Assembly: GCA_964537935.1 (NCBI GenBank)
Contig: CAZICT010000002.1
Coordinates: forward strand, 12,922 to 76,921
Direction: 5' to 3'
Source of the DNA: an uncultured Candidatus Saccharibacteria bacterium
GTDB taxonomy: Bacteria; Patescibacteriota; Saccharimonadia; Saccharimonadales; CAZICT01
Length of the DNA: 64,000 nucleotides
The stretch's first letter is position 1, and each line of letters begins with the position of its first letter. The notes under the pieces are model-generated. The model was not told the DNA's origin. It saw nothing but the letters and a program-made list of their open reading frames with translations, and did no database searches. The translations under genes were made by a program, and so were the position numbers. Below, in pieces: positions 27,898 through 35,814 of the stretch.

Positions 27898-28068
27898 TTA
27901 AATGTCTTGGGGAATTCCTTCACAGCATTTTGTGGGCATTTTGCAGGCTGGGCACACGAAGTGACCATGAACCGGCTCAATCGGATAATGGCCGCAGTGG
28001 TCGCAGAAAAATTCTATAGGTTTATCCTTGAGTGTTTCTTGGTATGCAGTTCGCTCTTCGTCTGTCAT
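27898..28068 (-). CDS. Small zinc-ribbon protein (56 aa, MTDEERTAYQETLKDKPIEFFCDHCGHYPIEPVHGHFVCPACKMPTKCCEGIPQDI); below the ORF-track cutoff
   Basis: ATG at 28068, stop TAA at 27900-27898 directly abutting the ATG of the next gene at 27897. CxxC (CDHC) ... CxxC (CPAC) spacing is typical of a zinc ribbon. Confidence 0.5.
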   Translation of the reverse strand: MTDEERTAYQETLKDKPIEFFCDHCGHYPIEPVHGHFVCPACKMPTKCCEGIPQDI

Positions 28069-28164
28069 AGACCTATTTTACCCGGAACTTGCTTCAAATC
28101 CCTAGCCTGTTAAGCCAAGATTGTTTTGGCAAACACACTTTGCCAGTATGGGTAGAGGCCGGAG

Positions 28165-28374
28165 TCAAGTTCTATTTACGGTTATTTTACACTTAGGACA
28201 ACTTATGGTCGAAGGCGTGAGGATAGCGTCAACTATCTCTTTGCAAAAAGGGCAAGTCACGCACGGCATGAGGTTCGGATTATCAGCCGCTATTCGATTG
28301 TGATCGATGTCGCACAGACCGTCACAGTCGGCTTTTTGGTGTTCATACTGCTCTTTGGTTAAATCCTGATTCAT
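28165..28374 (-). CDS. Small zinc-ribbon protein (69 aa)
   Basis: CPFC ... CPKC pair plus three further Cys. The gene starts 4 nt after the stop of the 381-aa gene. Confidence 0.55.
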   Translation of the reverse strand: MNQDLTKEQYEHQKADCDGLCDIDHNRIAADNPNLMPCVTCPFCKEIVDAILTPSTISCPKCKITVNRT

Positions 28375-28378
28375 ATCT

Positions 28379-29524
28379 TTAGCACTTTACGCTAATGCCG
28401 CAAACTTTGCATCGTGGAATTAGTTTATTGCGAGGCCGTTGATTTTGATGTCCCTTAGGACACTCGAAAGTCAAAGATCCGTACTGGTCCTCACCGGCCT
28501 CAGTCGATTGATTTCCGTAACCTGCCTCTTCAAGTTGTGAGGCTGCATCAAACCCTTCTCCAGGGGCACCGGCAGTAATACCGCAACCGCTGTATGATTT
28601 GCCTGTGGCGCGAGCTTTTTCGCCGGCTCTTGTCATTTCATCCATAGCCATAACATGGGCCACTATCCCTATGTCATAATCATCATGCTTCAAAGAATAC
28701 GGCCGTGATAGGTGATTACGGAAACGCGCTTCCATAGCTGCCGCCAAATTATAGTCCTTCTTATTTCCGGTAAAACCGTTTGTCGTGGCCAAATAAGCGT
28801 TTAGTAAATCAGTTTGACTTCTGGCAAAATCATAGGTATTCCGTCGCTCACCGTTAAGCTGGCCAGCATGCCACTGACCACCGTATCGTACAGCAAGTTG
28901 ACGATCATAAACTCCGGTTAATTCGTCTATCAAAAACTCCTGCTCTGTCTCATCCAGCTCGATATGCATACGTTGACCCAATAGCTCGCCGGGCTGTGCA
29001 TCGTGCCCAAGGTGCCGATACAGCGCCTCAAGCGCCTGGCGATCGCTGCCATCAAGTGACTGGGAATACATCTTTAGCGTACCTCCAGGGGTCTTGGCTA
29101 AGACGCGCAGCATAGTCTGCTTCCGAGTTACGTTGTAGCCGCCGACATCTTTTGTCGCCGTCATAAGTTCAGACGGAAAATCAGACACAACAACCATAGT
29201 ATTTGGTAAGCTACCCCGCATCATGTCCACCATTTCGTTATATTCTTGTTTTTCGGCTTTACGACGACGTAGCTCAAACGCCAAATCCTCAGGCATTTCT
29301 TCAGCTTCACGAACAGCCGTATCGAATATTTCGGCTAACTTGCCGCCATCGACGGCATAAAGTTCCTGGCCATCAAAGCTATATTCAAACGGTGTTCGCA
29401 TGCTGCCTGGCAAAACTTCTGCCAGCCAGGTGACAGTGTCAAAGTAGCGGCGTTTCTCATAATCAAACGCATCTTCCTCTATTCGTAAACGTTCCGGTGA
29501 CGCTTGCAAAATAAAAACCCTCAC
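28379..29524 (-). CDS. Uncharacterised 381-aa protein with a C-terminal zinc ribbon
   Basis: Long ORF ending in ECPKGHQNQRPRNKLIPRCKVCGISVKC (CP..H ... CxxC). The track start (GTG at 29524) lies inside the upstream hairpin. The in-frame TTG at 29509 has GAGGG 8 nt upstream and may be the real start. Confidence 0.65.
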   Translation of the reverse strand: MRVFILQASPERLRIEEDAFDYEKRRYFDTVTWLAEVLPGSMRTPFEYSFDGQELYAVDGGKLAEIFDTAVREAEEMPEDLAFELRRRKAEKQEYNEMVDMMRGSLPNTMVVVSDFPSELMTATKDVGGYNVTRKQTMLRVLAKTPGGTLKMYSQSLDGSDRQALEALYRHLGHDAQPGELLGQRMHIELDETEQEFLIDELTGVYDRQLAVRYGGQWHAGQLNGERRNTYDFARSQTDLLNAYLATTNGFTGNKKDYNLAAAMEARFRNHLSRPYSLKHDDYDIGIVAHVMAMDEMTRAGEKARATGKSYSGCGITAGAPGEGFDAASQLEEAGYGNQSTEAGEDQYGSLTFECPKGHQNQRPRNKLIPRCKVCGISVKC

Positions 29525-29541
29525 TTTCCGAGCGAGGGTTT
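29505..29541 (-). terminator. Intrinsic terminator / SD-sequestering hairpin (expression platform of the upstream leader)
   Basis: Minus strand reads AAACCCTC-GCTCGGAAAGT-GAGGGTTT (29541-29515), followed by TTTTATTTT. The 3' arm contains GAGGG and the GTG at 29524. Confidence 0.6.
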
Positions 29542-29553
29542 AATTACAAAAAT

Positions 29554-29650
29554 GTAACTCCGCTCCTGCTCGGGAGACTTACTTGTTGCTGTATCGGACT
29601 TTAACCGTTGCGGCACAGTGTGGGAGTTTCACCCACTTCCAGCTTTTTAT
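29554..29650 (-). promoter_or_regulatory. Candidate cobalamin riboswitch aptamer (short, class-II / AdoCbl-variant-like)
   Basis: Minus strand 29643->29588 reads GCUGGAAGUGGGUGAAACUCCCACACUGUGCCGCAACGGUUAAAGUCCGAUACAGC. It has a closing helix GCUG/CAGC, hairpin GUGGG-UGAAACU-CCCAC, hairpin ACUGU-GCCGCA-ACGGU and a B12-box-like AAGUCCGAUAC. The match to the family consensus is from memory only. Confidence 0.5.
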
Positions 29651-29676
29651 TTGTTAAATGGTTGCCTAATTAGTAG

Positions 29677-29701
29677 TATAGCGCAAATTGCTCACGCTAT
29701 A
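29677..29701 (-). terminator. Hairpin after the 238-aa gene; weak terminator candidate
   Basis: 7-bp stem TATAGCG/CGCTATA (29677-29683 / 29695-29701) with an 11-nt loop. There is no U-tract. Confidence 0.25.
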
Positions 29702-29738
29702 TGTAGTATTTTTGTATTGTAGATTCGCAGTAAAAACC

Positions 29739-30455
29739 CTACTTGGCACGGAAGCTTGCCAGCGCCTCGTATAAAATACTGTAGTTTGGCTGGATGTTGC
29801 GATCAATGTATACGAAGAAATAAGTATGCTCGCCGCCTGAAACACCGCGTATAGAAGTAGTATTCACCGGACTGCCTACCGTACCGGTTCCAACAACATT
29901 GTCGACAACATTCTCAAGGTTACATATAAAATTAACTTCTTGCCACTTGGCTGGCGAAGGCCGCTTCTTAACCGCCTCACGAGTATTAAGCGTTCCGCCA
30001 TCGGTAAACGTCGCACAGTTATCTGACACATTAGCGTAATTAATACCATTACCTTGAGCCTTTATAGGCAATAATCGGTTAAGTGGTTTATCAGACGGTA
30101 TCGTATCGACGTAAAGTGTAAGCATTCTATTGTCGTGACCTTCTCTGGTGGCTTGCCAGGTAATACTGTTTTCATTCCGCGTATTACGTCGTTCAACCTC
30201 TTCCCAGTCACCAGGCAACTCAAATGTATACAACGGTTCATCAATCGTATAATGTAATACCGCTTCGCTTAATACCTGAGATACGACTCGTGCATCACCC
30301 TCCACCGTTGGTGAAACCCGCCGCTTTATATCTATATAAATAACTCCGCCTATAATTCCAAGAATAAAAGTAGACAGCACAATCACTAACAGCGCCTTGC
30401 GCGGCCGACGCTTTCGGGAAATCTTGTAGCCGTATTTGTAGGTGGAGGAGCTCAT
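29739..30455 (-). CDS. Hypothetical membrane-anchored protein (238 aa)
   Basis: SD GGAGG 6 nt upstream of the ATG at 30455. Basic N-terminus + TM (ALLVIVLSTFILGIIGGVIYI), then a globular ectodomain. Confidence 0.6.
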   Translation of the reverse strand: MSSSTYKYGYKISRKRRPRKALLVIVLSTFILGIIGGVIYIDIKRRVSPTVEGDARVVSQVLSEAVLHYTIDEPLYTFELPGDWEEVERRNTRNENSITWQATREGHDNRMLTLYVDTIPSDKPLNRLLPIKAQGNGINYANVSDNCATFTDGGTLNTREAVKKRPSPAKWQEVNFICNLENVVDNVVGTGTVGSPVNTTSIRGVSGGEHTYFFVYIDRNIQPNYSILYEALASFRAK

Positions 30456-30548
30456 ATGTAACCTCCAATGAGCGTAATTTTAGTGATTGTTTGTGTTTGA
30501 TCATGGTATCATGCGCGCTCTTTTTTTATGACACCACGCCACACTCGC

Positions 30549-30575
30549 ATTATAACGCGTTTACGTTAAAGTCAA
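30549..30575 (-). promoter_or_regulatory. Candidate promoter of the 238-aa gene
   Basis: Minus strand reads TTGACT (30575-30570) and a perfect TATAAT (30554-30549). The spacer is only 15 nt, so the -35 assignment is uncertain. Confidence 0.4.
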
Positions 30576-30592
30576 GCAGTTTTTTTAAAATT

Positions 30593-31231
30593 CTAGTTGA
30601 CAATGACTAATATATCGGTGTTTTCAGGAACGGTCTCGCCTTCCGGCAAGTCGCCTATTTCTCCGTCAACTGCTTTTGCTACTGCCTCTGCCTGCTCTTG
30701 GTTTTCGCCGCTTACATCTACCACGCGAATTTCACTGAGATCTGATTTCGCCATCCCGCCTTCGGTTGCGCTGATTTGGACATTAGCCAGTTTGGCAACG
30801 GCTTCACCTCTTTTGCCACCGGGGCCAATCACGGTAACGCGTGCGCTTTGGATTGAAACGGTGCTTACATTAATAAGCTTTTTTGTACTGGGACGATATA
30901 AAATAGCGAGGCTTGCATCAGTATAAATAAGTGTCACGTCACCATTCTCGGCCTGTGCAAAAAATTCCTGTCCGGCCAGTTGATCTTTGTCTTTAACGGT
31001 TGCTACGCTGGGCTCTTCGTCCGCCGGCAACGAATAAAGCTCGCCGACCTCGCGTACATAGCGGTCAACTTCTGCCTGTGCTGCCTGTTCGGCCGGTAAA
31101 GGATTGTTTTTTAAATCCTGATACTGTTTAAAGTAGTAGCCCCCGAAAATCGCCAGTCCAATAAGCGGTAACGCGTACAGCACTACAAATATTGCTTTTC
31201 TTGATTTACTAGCGCGGTAATCTTTTGCCAT
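30593..31231 (-). CDS. Membrane-anchored protein with a possible LytR_C-like C-terminal domain
   Basis: N-terminal TM. The C-terminal segment (VTVIGPGGKRGEAVAKLA...VVDVSG..QEQAEAVAKAV) resembles LytR cell-envelope-related C-terminal domains. The resemblance is weak. Confidence 0.45.
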   Translation of the reverse strand: MAKDYRASKSRKAIFVVLYALPLIGLAIFGGYYFKQYQDLKNNPLPAEQAAQAEVDRYVREVGELYSLPADEEPSVATVKDKDQLAGQEFFAQAENGDVTLIYTDASLAILYRPSTKKLINVSTVSIQSARVTVIGPGGKRGEAVAKLANVQISATEGGMAKSDLSEIRVVDVSGENQEQAEAVAKAVDGEIGDLPEGETVPENTDILVIVN

Positions 31232-31268
31232 AACTTTCCAGTAATATACCGCTTAAGTATAAAACACG

Positions 31269-32066
31269 TCAACGGAAAAGCAATGCCAGCAGTACAATAG
31301 CCGCCAAGCCAAAACGGTAATAAGCGAATACATGAAGGCTGTGCTTAGCTAAAAACCGCAGCAAAAACCTAATTGCAAACAAACCGCTTATGAAAGCCGC
31401 GGCTATACCGGTTACGAAGATTCCTAATTCATCACTTGATCCTTGAAGACCGCCGTCAATAACTATTTTGGCAACAGCCCCGGAAATAATCGGCACCGCC
31501 AAAAGGAACGAAAAGCGAGTAGCGGCAACTCTGTCGAGCCCCATAAACAAACCTGCCGTAATGGTACTGCCGGAGCGTGACACGCCTGGTATTAACGCCA
31601 AAGCCTGGGCCAGACCCATGGTCAGTGCCTGGGAGTTGGAAATCTTTTCCAGTCCGGTGTGTTTACGGCGTTTAGTCATTACATTTTCAGCTACAATCAT
31701 TAACACACCGATTACTACCAGGTTTACGGCCACTAAGGCTGGTGTACGAAAAGTATCTTCGGCCAAATCGCTCAGCATCATACCCGCTAAAGCTGCCGGA
31801 ACCGTTGCTGCGGCAATCAACCAGGCCAAGCGCTGCTTATCATTTTTTCCCAGCAAGCCAAGTAATAACTCCAGCAACTCACGGCGAAAGAACACCATCA
31901 GCGCCAATAATGTACCTGAGTGCAGTGCGACATCGAAAGCAAGTGTATTTTGGATACCACTGCCAAACGCTTCATGAAATAACACCAAATGCCCGGAGCT
32001 CGAAACCGGGATAAACTCCGTCAATCCTTGTATAACACCTAAAATAATCGCTTCAATTATATTCAC
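31269..32066 (-). CDS. uppP: Undecaprenyl-diphosphate phosphatase
   Basis: N-terminal GLTEFIPVSSSGHL motif, PG.SRSG.TI motif and 8 TM helices. GTG start. Confidence 0.9.
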   Translation of the reverse strand: MNIIEAIILGVIQGLTEFIPVSSSGHLVLFHEAFGSGIQNTLAFDVALHSGTLLALMVFFRRELLELLLGLLGKNDKQRLAWLIAAATVPAALAGMMLSDLAEDTFRTPALVAVNLVVIGVLMIVAENVMTKRRKHTGLEKISNSQALTMGLAQALALIPGVSRSGSTITAGLFMGLDRVAATRFSFLLAVPIISGAVAKIVIDGGLQGSSDELGIFVTGIAAAFISGLFAIRFLLRFLAKHSLHVFAYYRFGLAAIVLLALLFR

Positions 32067-32144
32067 AAACGTTAAGTATAATACCTGGCCAGCTAACTGC
32101 TAAGCGGTTTGTCGGTTCTTATGTTTTTTGAGAACATAGATACT

Positions 32145-33062
32145 ATGAATGAACAAAATGTAATTGAAGTAAAAAAATTGGTAAAAAAGTTTGGCAGTTT
32201 CAAGGCGCTTGACGGTCTGGATTTATCCGTATCGAAGGGTGAGGTGCACGGCTTGCTGGGACCGAACGGTTCAGGCAAATCAACCACCATCAGAATCCTT
32301 TTGGGGTTGCTCGATAAAACAGCCGGCGAGGTCAGATTACTTGACGGCGATCCAAAGCAGGATGCCGTGCGTTTACACAGCAGACTGGCCTATGTTCCTG
32401 GTGATGTAAATTTATGGCCTAATTTATCCGGTGGCGAATCGATAGACCTTTTAGGCAGCTTGCGCGGTGGTCTAAATAAAACCCGCCGTGATGAATTACT
32501 AGAGCGTTTTCAGCTCGACCCGCGCAAAAAGTTCAGAACCTACTCTAAAGGCAATCGCCAAAAAGTAGCTCTGGTAGCCGCACTGGCATCCGATGTCGAG
32601 CTTTATATTTTGGACGAACCGACAAGCGGGCTTGACCCGCTAATGGAATCAGTATTCCAAGACTGTATTAAAGAGCTAAGGACTGCCGGTAAAACCGTGT
32701 TGCTATCTAGCCATATTCTGGCAGAAGTCGAGGCGCTTTGTGATCGGGTAACGATTATCCGCGAAGGTAAAACTGTCCAGACCGGCACGCTCGATGATAT
32801 GCGTCATTTACACCGTACAAAGATAAAAGTCACAACCGATAAGCCGATAGCTTCAATTAAAAAATTGAAGGGCATTCATGGACTCAAGATAAACAAAGAC
32901 GGGCATAGTGCTGAATTTGAAGTTGACAGCCAAAATCTTGATACCGCATTAGAACATCTTACAAAGCTCAACGTCAGCGCACTTACCAGTCATCCGCCAA
33001 CTCTAGAAGAACTTTTCCTGCTGCACTACAGTAATGACACTAAACCTGGAGCAAGTAAATAA
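32145..33062 (+). CDS. ABC transporter ATP-binding protein
   Basis: Walker [10 protein letters not shown], signature-like YSKGNRQK and Walker [13 protein letters not shown]. The ATG at 32145 ([12 protein letters not shown]) is preferred over the track TTG at 32109. Confidence 0.9.
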   Translation: MNEQNVIEVKKLVKKFGSFKALDGLDLSVSKGEVHGLLGPNGSGKSTTIRILLGLLDKTAGEVRLLDGDPKQDAVRLHSRLAYVPGDVNLWPNLSGGESIDLLGSLRGGLNKTRRDELLERFQLDPRKKFRTYSKGNRQKVALVAALASDVELYILDEPTSGLDPLMESVFQDCIKELRTAGKTVLLSSHILAEVEALCDRVTIIREGKTVQTGTLDDMRHLHRTKIKVTTDKPIASIKKLKGIHGLKINKDGHSAEFEVDSQNLDTALEHLTKLNVSALTSHPPTLEELFLLHYSNDTKPGASK

Positions 33063-34684
33063 TGCACGCGCTAACTGGCACTGGAAAACTTCTGCGCTTA
33101 GCTCTACGGCGAGACCGCGTCAAGCTACCTATAATCCTAACTGCACTTGCCGTATTGTTTGCTTCGTCTGCGGGCGCAACTGTCGAACTGTATAAGGATC
33201 CCGCACAACGGCTTATTTATGCTTCAACAACAGCACCAAGCATTGTTTCTCGCGTGTTTGGCGGACCGATTGACGGACCGCACTTAGGGGCCATTGTCCA
33301 GAACGAAACTTTTCTGTTTACTGCATTGGCCGTAGCTTTTATGAGTTCCCTGACCGTCGTACGCCATACCAGGCAAAATGAAGAATATGGAAGATCCGAA
33401 CTGATAGGTTCCGGTGTGGTCAGTCGCCATGCCAGCTTAATCGCAGCGCTTATTGTGGCCATTGGTGCCAGCCTTGTTTTCGGACTAATCGCCGTGATGT
33501 CACTCATCGCCCTGGATCTGCCCGTTGGTGGATCAGTTGCGTTCGGATTGGCACTGGCTTCGGTTGGAGTTATATTTGCGGGTGTAGCCGCGGTAACCTC
33601 ACAATTAGCCGACAGCGCTCGTGGAGCAAACAGTATGGCGGCATTGGTTATTGGCGTTGCATTTTTACTTCGCGCAATCGGAGATGCGCTTGGCCGACTA
33701 AGTGAAGATGGTTTAGCCGTTAAAAGTGCTCTGCCTTCCTGGCTATCTCCCTTTGGCTGGGGCCAGCAGTTACATCCATATTCGCAAAGCAGTTGGTGGG
33801 TATTCATTCTTTACGGAGTATTTTTTGCGGTCCTAATCGGCTTGGCGGTGATATTTATGTCTAAGCGTGATGTCGGACTCGGTATGATATCAACTCGTCC
33901 CGGACGGGCGCACGCCAAACGTAATCTCCTAAGCGCATTCGGCCTGGCGCACCGTCTGCAACGAGGGGTATTGCGTGGCTGGGCGATTGCCGTAGTCGTG
34001 CTCGGCATAACCTACGGCGCGGTCATCGAAGAGTTCGAAAAAATAATCACCGAAAACGCAGAATTAGCCGAAGCTTTTGCTCAGCTCGGCGGTAACCATA
34101 CCGAATCCTTTATAGGTTACATGGTTAGCTTCATGGCTATTATTATCGCCGGCTACAGCGTCCAGGCACTCTTACGTATGCGCAGCGAAGAGGCCGGTGG
34201 CCAATTAGAGTCGATACTTGGAACAAGTGTAAGTCGACAACACTGGCTGTTAAGTCATGTGGGTTATGTCATTCTGGGAGTAGCCGCTTTATCCCTTCTG
34301 ACGGCACTTAGCATGGGAATAACTTATGTTTTGGTCGCCGGTGAATCCTGGAGCTGGTTGTGGACCATAGCTCAAGCTACGTTAGTCCAGTCGCTCGCCG
34401 TTTTTGCCTTTGCCGGTTTCGTTATTGCCCTGTTCGGCCTGCTTCCTCGTTTTGTGGTGCCGCTCGCGTGGAGCGCTTTTAGCATCTGTCTGTTGGTTAT
34501 GCAGCTTGGTGTGCTCCTTAGACTACCGCAATGGGTAATGAACTTTTCACCGTTTGGGCATCTACCGATTATGCCGGCACAAGCCTTCCGATTGACGCCG
34601 GTTATCAGCCTGGCAGTGATTGCTGTAGTTCTGGCTTTAGGCGGATTAACTGCTTTCCGCAGACGCGATATTGCTGTTGTATAA
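33062..34684 (+). CDS. ABC exporter permease (large, about 12 TM, ABC-2-like)
   Basis: ATG overlaps the stop of the ATPase gene (TAATG). 540 aa and highly hydrophobic throughout. Confidence 0.75.
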   Translation: MHALTGTGKLLRLALRRDRVKLPIILTALAVLFASSAGATVELYKDPAQRLIYASTTAPSIVSRVFGGPIDGPHLGAIVQNETFLFTALAVAFMSSLTVVRHTRQNEEYGRSELIGSGVVSRHASLIAALIVAIGASLVFGLIAVMSLIALDLPVGGSVAFGLALASVGVIFAGVAAVTSQLADSARGANSMAALVIGVAFLLRAIGDALGRLSEDGLAVKSALPSWLSPFGWGQQLHPYSQSSWWVFILYGVFFAVLIGLAVIFMSKRDVGLGMISTRPGRAHAKRNLLSAFGLAHRLQRGVLRGWAIAVVVLGITYGAVIEEFEKIITENAELAEAFAQLGGNHTESFIGYMVSFMAIIIAGYSVQALLRMRSEEAGGQLESILGTSVSRQHWLLSHVGYVILGVAALSLLTALSMGITYVLVAGESWSWLWTIAQATLVQSLAVFAFAGFVIALFGLLPRFVVPLAWSAFSICLLVMQLGVLLRLPQWVMNFSPFGHLPIMPAQAFRLTPVISLAVIAVVLALGGLTAFRRRDIAVV

Positions 34685-34700
34685 ACCCGTTAAGCTAGTC

Positions 34701-35147
34701 TTAAGAGATCTTTCTTTTTAGGTCACTTAAGCGCGCAATAAAGCTTTGTGCAGCTCCCTCAAGCCCAAGTACCCGCAAAGCTCCCACCAGCACAAAAAGC
34801 TTATCAAGCTTATCGTCCGTCAAGTGTCCGTCATTTTCAGCATCCTCAAAAAAGTATTCGATTTTTTCAACCAGCCACTTTTCCTGTCCGGGTGTCACTT
34901 CATTGGATTTAATTTTGGCCGGCTCTACCGAAACAACTTCAAGTGAACGCGCCGAACGATCACGTTTACGCAAATGTCCTCGGGCAATCAGACTGTTAAC
35001 ATGAAGAGCCACGGTGGCAACAGAGTTGTAATTGCAAGCCCGCATTATTTCGCGGTAGCTCGGACTATAGCCGTGCTCACCGATGAAACGTTCTATATAA
35101 GTAAGTAATTCACGCTGTTTTTTGGTGGGGCGGATAACATTGCTCAT
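34701..35147 (-). CDS. LexA-like winged-helix DNA-binding protein lacking the S24 peptidase domain
   Basis: The N-terminal 70 aa (TKKQRELLTYIERFIGEHGYSPSYREIMRACNYNSVATVALHVNSLIARGHLRK) is collinear with the LexA DNA-binding domain. The C-terminal 75 aa is helical, with no Ala-Gly/Ser/Lys autocleavage module. Confidence 0.65.
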   Translation of the reverse strand: MSNVIRPTKKQRELLTYIERFIGEHGYSPSYREIMRACNYNSVATVALHVNSLIARGHLRKRDRSARSLEVVSVEPAKIKSNEVTPGQEKWLVEKIEYFFEDAENDGHLTDDKLDKLFVLVGALRVLGLEGAAQSFIARLSDLKRKIS

Positions 35148-35593
35148 ACATATCTCTTTTTTGTGCGTCTCTTTCTGGGGAATTTTTCAGGAAAAACCCA
35201 AAACTTATACCATAGGTAATTCCAGACCGTAAAGAATCCTGAAGACACAAACTGTCCGATATACGGAGTAATACCAATGTTCTTTAGCCAAAGTACCAAC
35301 AGATAGTCGATTACAAGATTTACAAAACTGATAATCAGATAACGGCTACCGGTTTCAATCTGATGTTTGGCGAGTTTCGGATTTTTAAATACCCAGAAGC
35401 GCTGCAGTAAATAATTGATGGTCCAACCGACAATCGTCGCCAGAGTTTTTGCCCAAAAGAAAGATGTACCGATTATTTGATCGAGAATAAAGAATGTCAC
35501 ATAGCCGGACCAGAAGAACGCACCACCGCTTATCAGATATTCGGTAATCCGTTTGACTTCACGCTTTTGTTTTTTCCTTAGTCTGAACTTCAT
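35144..35593 (-). CDS. GtrA-family membrane protein (polyprenyl-phosphate-sugar translocation family)
   Basis: About 150 aa with 4 TM helices. The motif region YLISGG....G.....F....., the W-rich C-terminus and the basic tail are typical of GtrA. The ATG at 35593 is preferred over the track GTG at 35668. The stop overlaps the LexA-like start (ATGA). Confidence 0.8.
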   Translation of the reverse strand: MKFRLRKKQKREVKRITEYLISGGAFFWSGYVTFFILDQIIGTSFFWAKTLATIVGWTINYLLQRFWVFKNPKLAKHQIETGSRYLIISFVNLVIDYLLVLWLKNIGITPYIGQFVSSGFFTVWNYLWYKFWVFPEKFPRKRRTKKRYV

Positions 35594-35621
35594 TTTTATG
35601 TCTTTATTTCGCCTTTTGTTC

Positions 35622-35638
35622 AGTATAACACCTAGGTG
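35622..35638 (-). promoter_or_regulatory. Extended -10 promoter overlapped by a perfect 10-bp palindrome (operator candidate)
   Basis: Minus strand reads CACCTAGGTG (35638-35629) t TATACT (35627-35622). The final TG of the palindrome supplies the TGn extended -10. Confidence 0.35.
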
Positions 35639-35687
35639 GCTCAAGTAATACAACCTGCCCGCTGACACGCCAACAAACGTATCTTGG

Positions 35688-35696
35688 TGCTACAAT
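35688..35696 (+). promoter_or_regulatory. Extended -10 element (TGcTACAAT) upstream of the priming glycosyltransferase
   Basis: TG at 35688-35689 and TACAAT at 35691-35696, about 118 nt upstream of the ATG at 35815. Confidence 0.3.
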
Positions 35697-35814
35697 AGAC
35701 AGTATTAGTCATGATGAGAGCATACATACCTAACTGCATGGGCGTTCTTATGCCGGATAGACACAAACCAAGCCAACTCTGCACTGAAAGTATGCGGAAT
35801 AGGATCATTGTCTA

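Noticed and set aside
27886-28303. Plus-strand ORFs 27886..28113 (75 aa) and 28121..28303 (60 aa)
   Set aside because: They are antisense to the 56-aa and 69-aa zinc-ribbon ORFs. Those two fit the operon orientation and have meaningful CxxC spacing.
31468-31977. 169-aa plus-strand ORF inside uppP (and 31742..32014)
   Set aside because: It is antisense to uppP, which has unambiguous family motifs. The composition is artefactual.
33217-33807. 196-aa minus-strand ORF inside the ABC permease gene
   Set aside because: It is fully antisense to a well-supported, GC-rich membrane-protein gene. Long antisense ORFs are expected there. No motifs or signals.
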